A stretch of 64,000 bases of DNA from Candidatus Latescibacterota bacterium (GCA_965217585.1 OZ244561.1:6688001-6752000); one strand, 5' to 3'; shown: positions 18,438 to 29,303, numbered from the stretch's first letter. Program-made: numbers and translations. The notes: generated from the letters alone by a model not told the origin.

Positions 18438-18466
18438 AACCTAAGCCCTCTATCCGTACTTGTCAA
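18438..18466 (-). promoter_or_regulatory. Sigma70-like promoter of the rplM operon
   Basis: TTGACA-N17-TAGGTT on the minus strand. Confidence 0.55.
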
Positions 18467-19071
18467 GACTGGCCCACCCGCCGCTTGCGCCGCCAACGCC
18501 AGAGCAGCACCGCCCCGACCAAGCACAGCATCCCCACCAATAATTTGTTGTATTGCGCGAGCAACTCCGTGACCTGTTCCCAGTTCTCGCCCACCAAAAA
18601 TCCTGCGTAGAGCAGCAATCCGTTCCAAACCGCCATGCCGATCGAGCCGCAGAGTGCAACGGTTAGCCAAGGCATGCGCCCCAGACCAGCACCGATGGCG
18701 ATGACCGACCGAATGCCGCTCAAAAACCGGTTGCCGAGAATGAGCGCGACGCCGTAGCGATTGAGCCACCGCTCGGCTTGGGCCAGCTTTTTCGCGCCTC
18801 GACGAGCCGCGAAAAAGGCGCGCCCCCTGCTATAGCCCAGATAGTACATGACTAAGAAGCCCGCCATGCCCCCGGTACAGGTAGCAAGAAAAACCGGCCA
18901 TATATCCAAGAGGCCGCGCCCCACCAGATAGGCGCTAAACACCACCACCGTATCGCCCGGTATGGGCGGCACGATATTTTCTAAAAAGGCACTAAGCAAC
19001 AAGAGACCATACGCCCACAGCGGATCGACGCCCGACAGAGCCGCGAGCAGAGATTCCAAATAGGCCGCCAT
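18463..19071 (-). CDS. DedA family membrane protein
   Basis: LENIVPPIPGD, RFLSGIRS...AG. Confidence 0.92.
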   Translation of the reverse strand: MAAYLESLLAALSGVDPLWAYGLLLLSAFLENIVPPIPGDTVVVFSAYLVGRGLLDIWPVFLATCTGGMAGFLVMYYLGYSRGRAFFAARRGAKKLAQAERWLNRYGVALILGNRFLSGIRSVIAIGAGLGRMPWLTVALCGSIGMAVWNGLLLYAGFLVGENWEQVTELLAQYNKLLVGMLCLVGAVLLWRWRRKRRVGQS

Positions 19072-19074
19072 GCT

Positions 19075-20241
19075 TTAGAGCGCCAAAAGGGCTACGGCTT
19101 GGGCCGCCATCCCCTCCTCGCGCCCAACGAACCCCAAGCGCTCGGTCGTAGTCGCCTTGAGCGAAACCTGCCCCACATCTAGACCCAAAGTCGCAGATAG
19201 CGTTTGGCGCATCGCTGTTATGTATGGCGCGAGTTTGGGCTGCTGAGCCGCGACGACGGCGTCGATGTGCAGGACCCGTGCCCCTCGTTCCGCTATCAGA
19301 ACGCCGACTCGCTGGAGCAGCACCAAGCTCGATATGTCCTTGTACTGCGCGTCCGAGTCGGGAAAGAGCTGGCCGATATCCCCGGCCGCCAAGGCACCCA
19401 AGAGCGCATCAATTATCGCATGTGTCAGCACATCCGCGTCCGAGTGGCCCGCCAATCCTCGTGCAAAGGGCACGACGACCCCGCCCAAGATTAGGGGCCG
19501 CCCTTCCTCCAAGCGATGCACGTCGTAGCCCTGTCCTATGCGCAAGCCCATAGCAGGCACCTTTTCCATTGCACGCACTCGCCACTCGGCCCAAGCCAGA
19601 TCCTCGGGCGTGGTTAGCTTGCGGTTGTCGGCTTCGCCGGGCACGACGCAGACCGCGTGGCCCAGCCGCTCGACCAGCGCGGCGTCGTCGGTGGCCACCG
19701 CATCGGTCCCGGCCGCGTGGTATGCCCTCAGGAGCAGCTCGCGGTCAAAGCCCTGCGGGGTCTGCGCCTGCCACAGCCGCTCGCGACGCGGCGTGCCGAC
19801 GACCCGACCGGCCACCACTTCCTTGATCGTCTCTACCACCGGCAAAGCGGGTAGCGCCGCTCCGTGCTCGCGGGTGGCAGCGACCACTCTCTCTAGCAGC
19901 TCCTCCGAAACAAACGGCCGCACGGCGTCGTGTACCAAGACCATATCGGCGCGGGTCTCCTGCAGGCCCCGATACACGGATGCGCTGCGCTGCGCCCCCC
20001 CAGGCACGAGGGTGGCGACTTTGGCAAAGCCTCCGCTCGCGCTCAATTGGCGGCGACAATAGTCCATGTCTTCGTGCCGCACGACCAAGACGATATCGGA
20101 AACCAGCGGGCTAGCTTCGAGCCGTGCGAGTACGTGCCAGAGCACGGGTCGGCCCCCTAACGGGAGATACTGCTTGGGCTGATCTCCTCCCATGCGCTGC
20201 CCCCGACCGGCGGCCGGAACGATGGCAGTTATGCGTTCCAC
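19075..20241 (-). CDS. ispDF: Bifunctional IspD/IspF (MEP pathway)
   Basis: PAAGRGQRM..PKQY, VHDAVRP, QTPQGF followed by IGQGYDVH, HSDADV. Confidence 0.95.
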   Translation of the reverse strand: MERITAIVPAAGRGQRMGGDQPKQYLPLGGRPVLWHVLARLEASPLVSDIVLVVRHEDMDYCRRQLSASGGFAKVATLVPGGAQRSASVYRGLQETRADMVLVHDAVRPFVSEELLERVVAATREHGAALPALPVVETIKEVVAGRVVGTPRRERLWQAQTPQGFDRELLLRAYHAAGTDAVATDDAALVERLGHAVCVVPGEADNRKLTTPEDLAWAEWRVRAMEKVPAMGLRIGQGYDVHRLEEGRPLILGGVVVPFARGLAGHSDADVLTHAIIDALLGALAAGDIGQLFPDSDAQYKDISSLVLLQRVGVLIAERGARVLHIDAVVAAQQPKLAPYITAMRQTLSATLGLDVGQVSLKATTTERLGFVGREEGMAAQAVALLAL

Positions 20242-20245
20242 GGCG

Positions 20246-21274
20246 TCACACGATCATCATGGCATCGCCATAACTATAAAAGCGATAGCCTCGCTCTATA
20301 GCCTCGCGGTAGGCGGCAAAAAGCCGTTCCCGCCCGACGAAGGCCGCCACGAGCAACAACAGGCTTGAACGCGGCAAGTGAAAGTTAGTCACCAACCTAT
20401 CGACCGCTTTGAATGCGTAGGGCGGATAGATAAACGCATCCGCAAATCCCCCGCAGGCACACACATTGCCCTCGGCATCGGTGCTCGACTCCAAGGTCCG
20501 CACCACGGTGGTACCGACGGCGACGATGCGCCTACCGGCCGCGCGACAACGCCTGAGCGCGGCCGCCACCGACTCGTCGATTTCGCAGTATTCGGGCTCG
20601 AGCAAATGCTGGCGCGGATCGGCACAACGCACCGGCTCGAACGTGCCCGGCCCCACGTGCAAGAGCACCTTCAGGACCGCCACGCCCTTAGCCGCGATCG
20701 CAGCGATTAACTGAGGGGTAAAGTGCAGGCCAGCCGTAGGTGCGGCAACAGCCCCCGGGCGCACCGCATAGATGGTCTGATAGCGCTCCCGGTCCGCGGC
20801 CTCAGGCGGACGGCGAATATAGGGAGGCAGCGGTATTTCTCCGATCTCTTCCAGCCGCGCCAGCACGTCCTCGACGGCAAAGCGCACGCGGAACCGGCCC
20901 GGTGCAACCTGCTCGACAATGTGTGCTTCCACCGCTCCGTCGCCAAACTCCAACCGCGTCTTTGGTTTTAATCCCCGCCTAGGCCGCCCCATAGCCAGCC
21001 AATCGCCCGCAGTTAGCGGTCTGAGCAGCAGCAGTTCAACCCGGCCTCCGGTAGCAGCTTTACGGCCCCTGAGCCGAGCCGGCACGACCTGTGTCTGATT
21101 CAATACTAGGGCGTCGCCGGGCGCGAGCTGATCGACGATGGCACCAAAGTGCAGGTGCTGCAATGAGCCATCCACCCGGTTCAAGAGCAAGAGGCGCGCT
21201 TGATCGCGCTCGGGCGACGGGCGTTGGGCGATCAGGGCATCGGGCAGGTCAAAATCGTAGTCTACTAGTTGCAT
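20246..21274 (-). CDS. queA: S-adenosylmethionine:tRNA ribosyltransferase-isomerase
   Basis: PLPPYI, AAPTAGLHF, TNFHLP, RFYSYGDAM. Confidence 0.97.
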   Translation of the reverse strand: MQLVDYDFDLPDALIAQRPSPERDQARLLLLNRVDGSLQHLHFGAIVDQLAPGDALVLNQTQVVPARLRGRKAATGGRVELLLLRPLTAGDWLAMGRPRRGLKPKTRLEFGDGAVEAHIVEQVAPGRFRVRFAVEDVLARLEEIGEIPLPPYIRRPPEAADRERYQTIYAVRPGAVAAPTAGLHFTPQLIAAIAAKGVAVLKVLLHVGPGTFEPVRCADPRQHLLEPEYCEIDESVAAALRRCRAAGRRIVAVGTTVVRTLESSTDAEGNVCACGGFADAFIYPPYAFKAVDRLVTNFHLPRSSLLLLVAAFVGRERLFAAYREAIERGYRFYSYGDAMMIV

Positions 21275-21288
21275 CGAGCGGTGCCAAC

Positions 21289-21996
21289 CTATCCCCTAGA
21301 CCGCGTAGGACGCCACCACACATAGCGGAAAATAGTCCAGAGAATTTTGTATCCGGCCCGCAGCGTACCGGTGAGCGTGCCGGTGATCTTGGAGGTGCCG
21401 ATGCGGCGGCGGTAGCGCACGGGCACTTCGGCTGCGCGCAGGCCCAGCCGAGCGGCTTTGACCTGCATCTCCGCAGTCCAGCCAAAGTTGCGGTCCTGCA
21501 TCTCCAGCCGCATGAGCGCGTCGTAGCGCAATGCGCGGAAAGGCCCCAAATCCGTAAAAGTGACGCCGAACAACAGGCGAATTAAGAAGGTGGCCAACCA
21601 GTTGCCAAAACGGGCTTGGGGCAAAAGAGCACCCTTTTCTCGCTGGCCCAAGACCCGCGAGCCAATAACCATATCGGCGCGGCCGGCGACGAGCGGGCTT
21701 ACTAAAGCTGGCATGTCCTCGGGGTAATCGCTGTAGTCGCCGTCGAGGAAGACGACGATATCCGGGCACTTGAGATGGGCCATGCCCGCCAGACAGGCCT
21801 GGCCGTAGCCGCGGCGCGGCTCGCTGACGACACAGGCACCCAAGCGGCGGGCCACCTTGGCGGTGCAGTCGCCCGAGCCATTATCGACGACGATGACCTG
21901 CTGTGCAATGGCCGGGATGTCTTGCAGCACCTTGCCGATGGCTTCTTCTTCGTCGCAGGCGGGAATGACGACGGCAATGGCCGGAGGCGAGTCCAT
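21289..21996 (-). CDS. Glycosyltransferase family 2
   Basis: VVIPA, VDNGSGD, FLDGD. Confidence 0.92.
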   Translation of the reverse strand: MDSPPAIAVVIPACDEEEAIGKVLQDIPAIAQQVIVVDNGSGDCTAKVARRLGACVVSEPRRGYGQACLAGMAHLKCPDIVVFLDGDYSDYPEDMPALVSPLVAGRADMVIGSRVLGQREKGALLPQARFGNWLATFLIRLLFGVTFTDLGPFRALRYDALMRLEMQDRNFGWTAEMQVKAARLGLRAAEVPVRYRRRIGTSKITGTLTGTLRAGYKILWTIFRYVWWRPTRSRG

Positions 21997-22025
21997 GCGC
22001 TGGGCACCGCAGGTGAAGTACTTAC

Positions 22026-22856
22026 TTAGAGGTTTTCCTCCAACCAGAGAAAGAACAGGTCCTGCGCCTCGACGACATTGTCGAGCAATTCAAAGCCGTG
22101 GTAGGCCGAGTCTGGAAAAACGCGCAGATCTTTTGGCTCGGCCGTCAGCGCCTCTAGGCTGCGAGCGAAATCGGCATAGCTGAGAATGACGTCCCCGGCC
22201 TGAATTTGATCCTGATCGCCCGCCATAAAGAGCATGGACCGCGGGCCAAATGACTCGAGGCCAGTCCCGATGACCAACGGCTCTAGCGAAGAGGCCCCCC
22301 ACAGCCCGGGCGAGAGGGAGACGCCGGTTTTTATTAGCTCGGGGAAAATGCCCGAACTCACGTAGGCCACATTCCCCCCCGAGCCAGTACCCACTACCGC
22401 GATGCGGCTGACATCGACTTGGGACTGGCTCGGCAGCCAGACCAGCGCGGCATGGACATCGAGGAAGCTCAGTTCCAGATCCACCAATTCCAAGACCTGC
22501 CGATCATCGGGCAGCGGGGTTTCGCCGTGCCCGCGCATGTCGATGGCCAAGACGGCGTAGCCACGCTCTAGCAGGGCCACGTACGTGTCGGTGTTGTTCA
22601 ACCAGTCGGATTTGCGCCCCCCTAGATCGTGCAGGAGGATCACCACCGGCAGCAATTCGCCGCCCTGCGCCGTGCCAAAAAGCGCGCTCACCTCGACGCC
22701 GTCGTTGGACGGGAAGCTAACTGCTGAAATGGGATAGGCACGGCCCGGTCCCTGGGGCAGATCGGGGCCGACGATCCGTAGATCCTCCTCCGAGTCGCTG
22801 CACCCCGCAACCACAAGGGCGAGTATCCAAACCCACCTGCACAGTATCTTGCTCAT
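22026..22856 (-). CDS. Alpha/beta-hydrolase fold lipoprotein
   Basis: Lipobox VVAGC; DMRGHG; GTGSGG at the nucleophile elbow; distal HG. Confidence 0.8.
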   Translation of the reverse strand: MSKILCRWVWILALVVAGCSDSEEDLRIVGPDLPQGPGRAYPISAVSFPSNDGVEVSALFGTAQGGELLPVVILLHDLGGRKSDWLNNTDTYVALLERGYAVLAIDMRGHGETPLPDDRQVLELVDLELSFLDVHAALVWLPSQSQVDVSRIAVVGTGSGGNVAYVSSGIFPELIKTGVSLSPGLWGASSLEPLVIGTGLESFGPRSMLFMAGDQDQIQAGDVILSYADFARSLEALTAEPKDLRVFPDSAYHGFELLDNVVEAQDLFFLWLEENL

Positions 22857-22976
22857 AAGATCATAATCCTCGCCCAAAAGCGCGTTGCAAGCGCCCTCTA
22901 TTGGCAACGCTCCTGATTTTCGTAACTCCTTGAGTTTGAATAAACAACCTCACTCTCTAGCTGTCAACTTGACGCC

Positions 22977-23005
22977 TTGACGGCAAAATTCTTTTGCCGT
23001 ATGCT
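22977..23005 (+). promoter_or_regulatory. Sigma70 promoter with a palindromic spacer; likely leaderless transcript
   Basis: TTGACG-N17-TATGCT, 8 nt before ATG 23014; IR ACGGCAAAA-ttc-TTTTGCCGT at 22980-23000. Confidence 0.6.
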
Positions 23006-23013
23006 GCCGCTTT

Positions 23014-24720
23014 ATGATCCGCGTCGAAAAACTCAGCCTTAGCTATCGCGGGGGCCTAGCCGCCTTGCGCTCCATCGACCTCCACATCAGCCCCGGGGAA
23101 GACATCGCCCTCATCGGTGCCAACGGATCGGGCAAAACCACCCTCGCCCGCTGCTTAAATGGACTACAACAGCCCCAAGAGGGCCGGGTCCTCGTCGATG
23201 GCATGGACGCCAGCAATCCGGCCCAACTCCGCTCCATCCGCCAGCTAGTCGGCATGGTGTTTCAAAACCCAGACGATCAGCTAGTCGGCACCACGGTCGC
23301 CGACGAATTGGCCTTTGGCCTGGAAAATATAGCCCTAGCCAGCGATGAAATTCGCCACCGCGTCGAAGAAGCGCTCGCCGCTTTCGACCTCGAAGCCTAT
23401 CGCCGCTATCCGCCGCACAGGCTCTCCGGCGGCGAGAAGCAGCGCGTGGCCATTGCCGCAGTGGTGGCGATGCGACCGCGCTATCTCGTCTTGGACGAAT
23501 CGACGGCCCTGCTCGACCCGGGCGAAAGACAGCAAGTAGCCGAGCTGCTCCAGCGGCTGCGCACCGCTCACGGCATCGCGACGATACTCATAACCCAGTC
23601 TCCAGAAGAAGCCGCTCGCGCCGACCGCGCCATCGTCCTCCACGCGGGTCGGGTCCATGCAGACGGCCCCCCTGCCGCGCTCTTCGCCGACCCGCCCAAG
23701 CTCCGCGCCCTCGGCCTCGACCTCCCCTTCGCCAGCGCCCTTGCCGTTCACCTGCCGCTGGCCGAGACCCACTTGGCGCTAGACACCTTATCCGACGCGC
23801 TGGCCGCGCTAAAACCTCAGACGCCCCTAGCGCCTTGGACGCCGCCGCCGCCACCGCCGCCCGCTCCGAGCAAACTAGCGGCCGAAGGGCTGACGCACCT
23901 CTACGACGAGTATCTGCCCACCCAGCGTCGCGGCATTCGCGACATTACCATGGATGTCCCCACCGGTGCCGTACTGGCCCTCATGGGTACCAATGGCTCG
24001 GGAAAAACCACCCTCGTCCAGCACTTCAACGCCCTGCTCAAACCCTCGCGCGGTCGCGTACTCCTCGACCGCTGCGACATTGGGTCCCAGCCCCCGGCTC
24101 GCGTGCGCCAGCGCGTCGGCTTGGCCTTCCAGTTTCCCGAACTCCAGCTATTCGCCGAAACCGTGGCCGAGGATGTGGCCTTTGGGCCGCGCAACCTCGG
24201 CTTTGCTCCCGAGCGCGTCGGTTGCCTCGTAGCGCGCACACTCGCCTTGGTAGGCATGCCGCTGGGAGAATTCGGGCCGCGCCAACCCCTCTCGTTGAGC
24301 GGAGGCGAGAGGCGTCGCGTCGCACTCGCCGGTGTCCTCGCCATGGACCCAGAGGTCTTAGTGCTCGACGAGCCGACCGCTGGCCTCGACCCCCGGACTA
24401 CGGCCCGCTTGTGCCAGCTCTTCGCCGAGCTGAGTGGCCAAGGCCGCACCCTCGTGATGATCAGCCACGATATGGAGCTAGTCGGTCACCTAGCCACCCA
24501 CGTAGTGGTCCTGCGCCACGGCCGCATCGAGTTGCAAGGGCCAGCCCGCGCCGTGCTCACCCATCCCGAATTCGAGTCTATTAGTGGGCTTGTGCCCCCT
24601 ACGTCCGTGCAGTTGGCCCGCCGCCTGCGACAACGCGGTCTAGCCCTAGCCGGCGACCCATTGACCCTGCGCGAAACCATCGACTGGCTAACCCCACTCG
24701 TCGCCCTCTCCCATGTCTAA
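23014..24720 (+). CDS. ECF transporter ATPase with two fused ATPase domains (EcfA-A')
   Basis: Two GxNGSGKTT, FQNPDDQ/FQFPELQ, two LSGGE; poly-Pro linker. Confidence 0.92.
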   Translation: MIRVEKLSLSYRGGLAALRSIDLHISPGEDIALIGANGSGKTTLARCLNGLQQPQEGRVLVDGMDASNPAQLRSIRQLVGMVFQNPDDQLVGTTVADELAFGLENIALASDEIRHRVEEALAAFDLEAYRRYPPHRLSGGEKQRVAIAAVVAMRPRYLVLDESTALLDPGERQQVAELLQRLRTAHGIATILITQSPEEAARADRAIVLHAGRVHADGPPAALFADPPKLRALGLDLPFASALAVHLPLAETHLALDTLSDALAALKPQTPLAPWTPPPPPPPAPSKLAAEGLTHLYDEYLPTQRRGIRDITMDVPTGAVLALMGTNGSGKTTLVQHFNALLKPSRGRVLLDRCDIGSQPPARVRQRVGLAFQFPELQLFAETVAEDVAFGPRNLGFAPERVGCLVARTLALVGMPLGEFGPRQPLSLSGGERRRVALAGVLAMDPEVLVLDEPTAGLDPRTTARLCQLFAELSGQGRTLVMISHDMELVGHLATHVVVLRHGRIELQGPARAVLTHPEFESISGLVPPTSVQLARRLRQRGLALAGDPLTLRETIDWLTPLVALSHV

Positions 24721-26011
24721 ATTTTCTGCCGACTTGCTCGTCCGCCAAGGCCGCCTGATCGACCCAGCCAACGGCACAGATGCCCTAGGAGACATCCTCA
24801 TCCGCCGAGGGAAAATAGTCCAGTCGGCCCCGAGCCTCCCGGCACCTCCAGACGCACCCATCCTGACGGCCGCCGGTTTGGTCGTCGCCCCAGGTTTTAT
24901 CGACATCCACACCCATCTCCGCGAACCGGGCTACGAACACAAGGAGACCATTCAGAGCGGCACCGCAGCAGCGGCGGCCGGCGGCATCTGCGCAGTAGCC
25001 GCCATGCCCAATACCAACCCTCCTCCCGACAGCAGCGATCACTTGCAGCTAGCGCTGGAGCGAGCGCAGACGGCCGCGGTGCGCTACTATCCAATCGCCT
25101 GCGTGACAGTGGGCCGCCAAGGCCGCGGCGCACTCGCCCCCCTCGCGAAATTGGCTGCGTTGGGCGCGGTGGCCTTTTCCGACGACGGCGATCCCGTCGA
25201 AGACGAGGCTTTGATGCGCCGCGCCCTCGAAATCGCCCGCGACCTCGACCGGCCCATCTTCCCGCATGAAGAGGTCAAGTCGCTTACGACCGGCGGCTGT
25301 ATGCACGCAGGAGAAGTGGCAGCGCGCCTCGGCGTCAAGGGTATGCCAGCAGCAGGCGAGGAGGAAATGATCGCTCGCGACATAGAACTTGTTCGCCAGA
25401 CCGGCGGCCCTTTGCACATCGCCCATATCAGCACAGCCGGCACCGCGCAATTGGTCCGGCGCGCCAAAGCCGACGGCCTACCCGTGACCTGCGAAGTGCT
25501 ACCCCACCACTTCGTACTCACCGACTGTGAGGTCGAGCGCCAAGGCACGGCCGCCAAGATGAGCCCTCCGCTGCGCGAGGCCGCCGATGTCGAGGCCATG
25601 CTCGCGGGGCTAGCCGATGGCACCATAGAGGTCATTGCGACCGACCATGCGCCGCATACGGCCGCGGAAAAAGCCCAATCCCTAACCCAAGCCCCTATGG
25701 GCATCGTCGGTCTAGAGACGGCCGTCGGCCTCACCTTGACCTATTTGGTGGACCGCGTTTTGCCCCTCCACGAAGCCATCGCGCGCTGGACCTGCCACCC
25801 AGCGCGCATCTTGCGCCTGCCCGGGGGAGCGCTCTCCCCGGGGATGCCCGGGGATCTAACCCTCCTCGACCTAACGCGCGAATGGGAGGTAGTCCCCGCG
25901 CACTTCCGCTCCAAATCGCGGAACACTCCCTTTGCTGGTTATCGCCTAAAGGGCAAGGCCATGGCCACCATCGTCGGCGGCCAGATCGTCTATAGCGAGT
26001 TGGCCACTTAG
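24713..26011 (+). CDS. pyrC: Dihydroorotase
   Basis: DIHTHLREPG, MPNT, SDDG, HIAHIS, ATDHAPH, SRNTPF. Confidence 0.95.
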   Translation: MSKFSADLLVRQGRLIDPANGTDALGDILIRRGKIVQSAPSLPAPPDAPILTAAGLVVAPGFIDIHTHLREPGYEHKETIQSGTAAAAAGGICAVAAMPNTNPPPDSSDHLQLALERAQTAAVRYYPIACVTVGRQGRGALAPLAKLAALGAVAFSDDGDPVEDEALMRRALEIARDLDRPIFPHEEVKSLTTGGCMHAGEVAARLGVKGMPAAGEEEMIARDIELVRQTGGPLHIAHISTAGTAQLVRRAKADGLPVTCEVLPHHFVLTDCEVERQGTAAKMSPPLREAADVEAMLAGLADGTIEVIATDHAPHTAAEKAQSLTQAPMGIVGLETAVGLTLTYLVDRVLPLHEAIARWTCHPARILRLPGGALSPGMPGDLTLLDLTREWEVVPAHFRSKSRNTPFAGYRLKGKAMATIVGGQIVYSELAT

Positions 26012-27354
26012 TCGAGGAGCTTAAACGCGTCCGGCCAATGCTCAATCTCCGCGTCGGCCGCGCGCAGCCACACGGCGAGCACGTCGAAACGGCAGACCGT
26101 ATCGGCCGCGGCGCGGTATTGGATATAGTGCTGGGCGGCCCGCGTCAGGCGCTGCCGCTTGGCGCGATCCACCCTTTGTTCGGGGCGAGACGCGCGCTGG
26201 CTGGCCTTTACCTCGACAAAGACCAACTCGCCCTTCTCTTCGGCCACCAAGTCGATCTCGCCCCCAACGGCGCGATAACGACGCGCCCGGATCCGATAGC
26301 CCCGTTCTTTTAGATAAGCCTCGGCCGCCGCTTCACCCCGCCGCCCGATGTCCCCCAGCCTGTCGCGCTGCTCCTGATAAGCCCCTCTCAAGGCCGCTAG
26401 CTCATCGGTCGTTAAATCGTCCACGGCCTCTTTGACTAACTGTCCCAACCTCTCTAGCTCGGCGAGGTTCGCGCAGTCGTATATGCCTTCTTCAAAACGG
26501 AGAAAAAGCTCCGAGCGCGGCTCGGCGACTAGCGCGGCCACCGGGCCGAAACTGCGGCGGTGCAGCGGGCAAGGACCATGGGCGTCAAGCGCGGCTAAGT
26601 GCGCGGCACTGCCGTAGCCTTTATGCGCGGCAAACCCGTATTCGGGATAGCGGACGTCGCATTCGCACATCAGGCGGTCGCGGTGTACTTTGGCCACGAT
26701 CGAGGCAGCGGCAATCGACAGCGAGCGGGCGTCTCCGTCAATGATGGCTTGTTCGGGATAGGGGCTACGCGCCGGCAGGTGTCCGTCGATCAGCACCCGG
26801 TCGGGCGGGGCTTGCAAATTCTCCAACGCCAAGCGCATGGCCTTGAGCGAGGCCTGTAGGATGTTCAAGCGGTCGATCTCCGCGGCCTCTACCTGCCCTA
26901 TCCCCACGGCTAGGGCCTTGGCCGCGATCTCCTCGTACAGGGCTTCGCGCTGGGTGCGCGACAGCTTCTTGGAATCGTCGATCTTGGCGATGACACAGTC
27001 CGGCGACAAAACGACGGCGGCGGCCACCACAGGCCCCGCCAAGCAGCCGCGCCCAGCTTCATCGACGCCAGCCACTCGGCGCACCCCCTGTGCCCAAAGG
27101 TGCCGTTCAAAGTGCAGCAGCCGCTCGCGCCGCTGGGACTCCGCCTGCTCCCGCGCATCGCGGCGACGCCGTTCGACCACCAAGCGCCGGACGCCGACGC
27201 GGCGATCCTTTTCGAGCAAGGCCCAGCCCGGATCGCCGCTTTTCCACTCCGCCACCTGTGCGCGTATCTGGGCGATCGTCATTCTAGCGAGTTCGGCCGC
27301 GGCCTCGCGTTCGCAGGAACGGTTCATACCGGCAGACGTCTCATCTGTTGACAT
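26008..27354 (-). CDS. rnhB: Ribonuclease HII fused to a C-terminal YraN-family domain
   Basis: GVDEAGRG.LAGPV, DDSKKL, HKGY, LHRRSF followed by G.RGE..A..YL...GY, GEIDLV, FVEVK, RFDV. Confidence 0.92.
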   Translation of the reverse strand: MSTDETSAGMNRSCEREAAAELARMTIAQIRAQVAEWKSGDPGWALLEKDRRVGVRRLVVERRRRDAREQAESQRRERLLHFERHLWAQGVRRVAGVDEAGRGCLAGPVVAAAVVLSPDCVIAKIDDSKKLSRTQREALYEEIAAKALAVGIGQVEAAEIDRLNILQASLKAMRLALENLQAPPDRVLIDGHLPARSPYPEQAIIDGDARSLSIAAASIVAKVHRDRLMCECDVRYPEYGFAAHKGYGSAAHLAALDAHGPCPLHRRSFGPVAALVAEPRSELFLRFEEGIYDCANLAELERLGQLVKEAVDDLTTDELAALRGAYQEQRDRLGDIGRRGEAAAEAYLKERGYRIRARRYRAVGGEIDLVAEEKGELVFVEVKASQRASRPEQRVDRAKRQRLTRAAQHYIQYRAAADTVCRFDVLAVWLRAADAEIEHWPDAFKLLD

Positions 27355-27404
27355 GGGGTATCGACCTCGTATATTTGCAAAAAGCTACCAAGAGGAGCCT
27401 TAAC

Positions 27405-27989
27405 ATGAAGCGCAACACGGTGTTAGTCGCCTGCTTTTGCCTCGTTTTGCAACCCGTCTTGGCCCTCGCCGAGACGGAACCGGAACCTATCGCCGGGGCA
27501 GACACCCGACTCTATCTGGCCGATGGCAGCTTGGTGGAAGGCAATTTGATCGAGAAGGCCCAAGATCTTGTCATCATGCGCATCAATGACAAGATCTTCA
27601 CTTTCGACAAGACCGAAATCGACAAGATCATCACCCTCGAATCGCTGGGCGGGGGTGCCCAGACGATCTCGGTGACCGAGTTCCCCTACATCAGTTTCCT
27701 CGGGGGAGCCCTTGCCTTTAGCCTGCTCTCTTGGCTGCAATTCGACCGGGCTTCCGACAACGAAGCCGAAGCGGAGCTCAACCGCCTACACGGCCAGGAA
27801 GCCCGCGCCCAAAAGCTCGACGACAAAGCCGATCGCGCCCGCCTCTATGGCTGGTCCACAGCCGTTTTTGCTGCCGGCAGCTTCGGGGTCGCCCTGATCC
27901 CGCGCAAAACCACCCGCCGCGTCTTTCCCGAACTCAGTTTCCGCGACGGCGAGCCGCGCATCGGCGTATCCTACGTCTATTCGTTCTGA
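27405..27989 (+). CDS. Exported/membrane hypothetical protein
   Basis: SD AGGAG before ATG 27405; signal peptide; two hydrophobic segments. Confidence 0.7.
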   Translation: MKRNTVLVACFCLVLQPVLALAETEPEPIAGADTRLYLADGSLVEGNLIEKAQDLVIMRINDKIFTFDKTEIDKIITLESLGGGAQTISVTEFPYISFLGGALAFSLLSWLQFDRASDNEAEAELNRLHGQEARAQKLDDKADRARLYGWSTAVFAAGSFGVALIPRKTTRRVFPELSFRDGEPRIGVSYVYSF

Positions 27990-28441
27990 GAGCCTTCCGC
28001 ACCCCTCAGGTGATGCACCAAAGCCTCTAGCCCGAGCACGTAGCTAAAACTGCCAAAACCCGCGATTTGCCCTAGACAGACGGGCGCGATAACCGAGTGC
28101 TGGCGAAACGCTTCCCGGGCGTGAACATTAGACAGATGGACCTCGACGGTCGGCACCCCCTTGGCCGCCACGGCATCGCGCAGGGCAAGGCTATAGTGGG
28201 TGAAGGCACCCGGATTGAACAGCAGGCCCTGCGCTTGGGTTTGGTGCAGGGCGTCGATTAGCGCACCCTCGCAATTGGATTGGTGGCAGCGCACCTGCAC
28301 TCCGAGCCGCTGCGCGTGGTCGGCGATCAATGCGTCGATCGCGGCCAAGGTCTCCCGACCATATACCTCGGGCTCACGCGTTCCCAGCAAGTTGAGATTG
28401 GGTCCGTGTAGGACTAGGATGCTAGTCAAATTGACCTCCAC
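27977..28441 (-). CDS. aroQ: Type II 3-dehydroquinate dehydratase
   Basis: [22 protein letters not shown]. Confidence 0.97.
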   Translation of the reverse strand: MEVNLTSILVLHGPNLNLLGTREPEVYGRETLAAIDALIADHAQRLGVQVRCHQSNCEGALIDALHQTQAQGLLFNPGAFTHYSLALRDAVAAKGVPTVEVHLSNVHAREAFRQHSVIAPVCLGQIAGFGSFSYVLGLEALVHHLRGAEGSQNE

Positions 28442-29303
28442 AGTTTCGCGCTATCACGCAGATCCACGTCCCTTTTGCCAAGATGGTATCGACCTCCAAT
28501 TTAGCTTCGGTGACCCAGCGGCAAAAAGCCGCTTCTTCCCGCGCCAACAAACCCGAAAACGCGACTCGTCCATCCGACGCCAACAAGCCGCGCAAAGGGG
28601 CCAAAAGGGGCTGTAGTACGTGGCTTTGGATGTTGGCCAAGACCAAGTCAAAGGGCCTTTCCGCGACTGCCTCCACCCCCCCCAGTCGCACCTGGACCTG
28701 CCTAGCGCCGATGCGGTTGTGCGCCAAGTTTTCCCGCGCATTGGCCACGGCTTTCTCGTCGACATCCACGGCGAGCACTGGCCCCGCCCCCAGCAATGCG
28801 GCGGCAATGCTGAGAATGCCGCTGCCCGTTCCCAAGTCCAAACAGCGCGCCCCGGGGCGCAGATAACTCTCCAGAGCCTGCAAGCAGAGTTGGGTCGATT
28901 CGTGCGCACCCGTGCCAAAGGCCATTTTGGGGTCTATGCTCACGGCGATTTGGCCCTCGGCTATCTCGACCGGAATCCACGAAGGGTGGACGACGATCCG
29001 CTCGGTGGGCCACACTGGCGCAAAGAACCGCCGCCACTCGGCCTCCCAATCCTGCTCCTCCACGCATTCGGTGCCTATCGGCGACGCCAAGCCGAGCGCG
29101 GCGAGCCTATGCATCAGTTCGCGCCGAACCCCAGCCAAATCGCGCACCGGCTCAGCCGCAAAGTACGCGCTCAACTGAGTCCGCTCCCCTACTTCCTCGG
29201 CCTGGAGTCCACAGCTACCCAACTCGTACGCCCACGCGCTCACATCCTCGGCGCAAGCCGCAGGCACCTCTAGCCGCAAGCAGTGCCAAGCCCGTTTATT
29301 CAC
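28422..29303 (-). CDS. prmA: Ribosomal protein L11 methyltransferase
   Basis: [27 protein letters not shown]. Confidence 0.95.
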   Translation of the reverse strand: MNKRAWHCLRLEVPAACAEDVSAWAYELGSCGLQAEEVGERTQLSAYFAAEPVRDLAGVRRELMHRLAALGLASPIGTECVEEQDWEAEWRRFFAPVWPTERIVVHPSWIPVEIAEGQIAVSIDPKMAFGTGAHESTQLCLQALESYLRPGARCLDLGTGSGILSIAAALLGAGPVLAVDVDEKAVANARENLAHNRIGARQVQVRLGGVEAVAERPFDLVLANIQSHVLQPLLAPLRGLLASDGRVAFSGLLAREEAAFCRWVTEAKLEVDTILAKGTWICVIARNCGGQFD

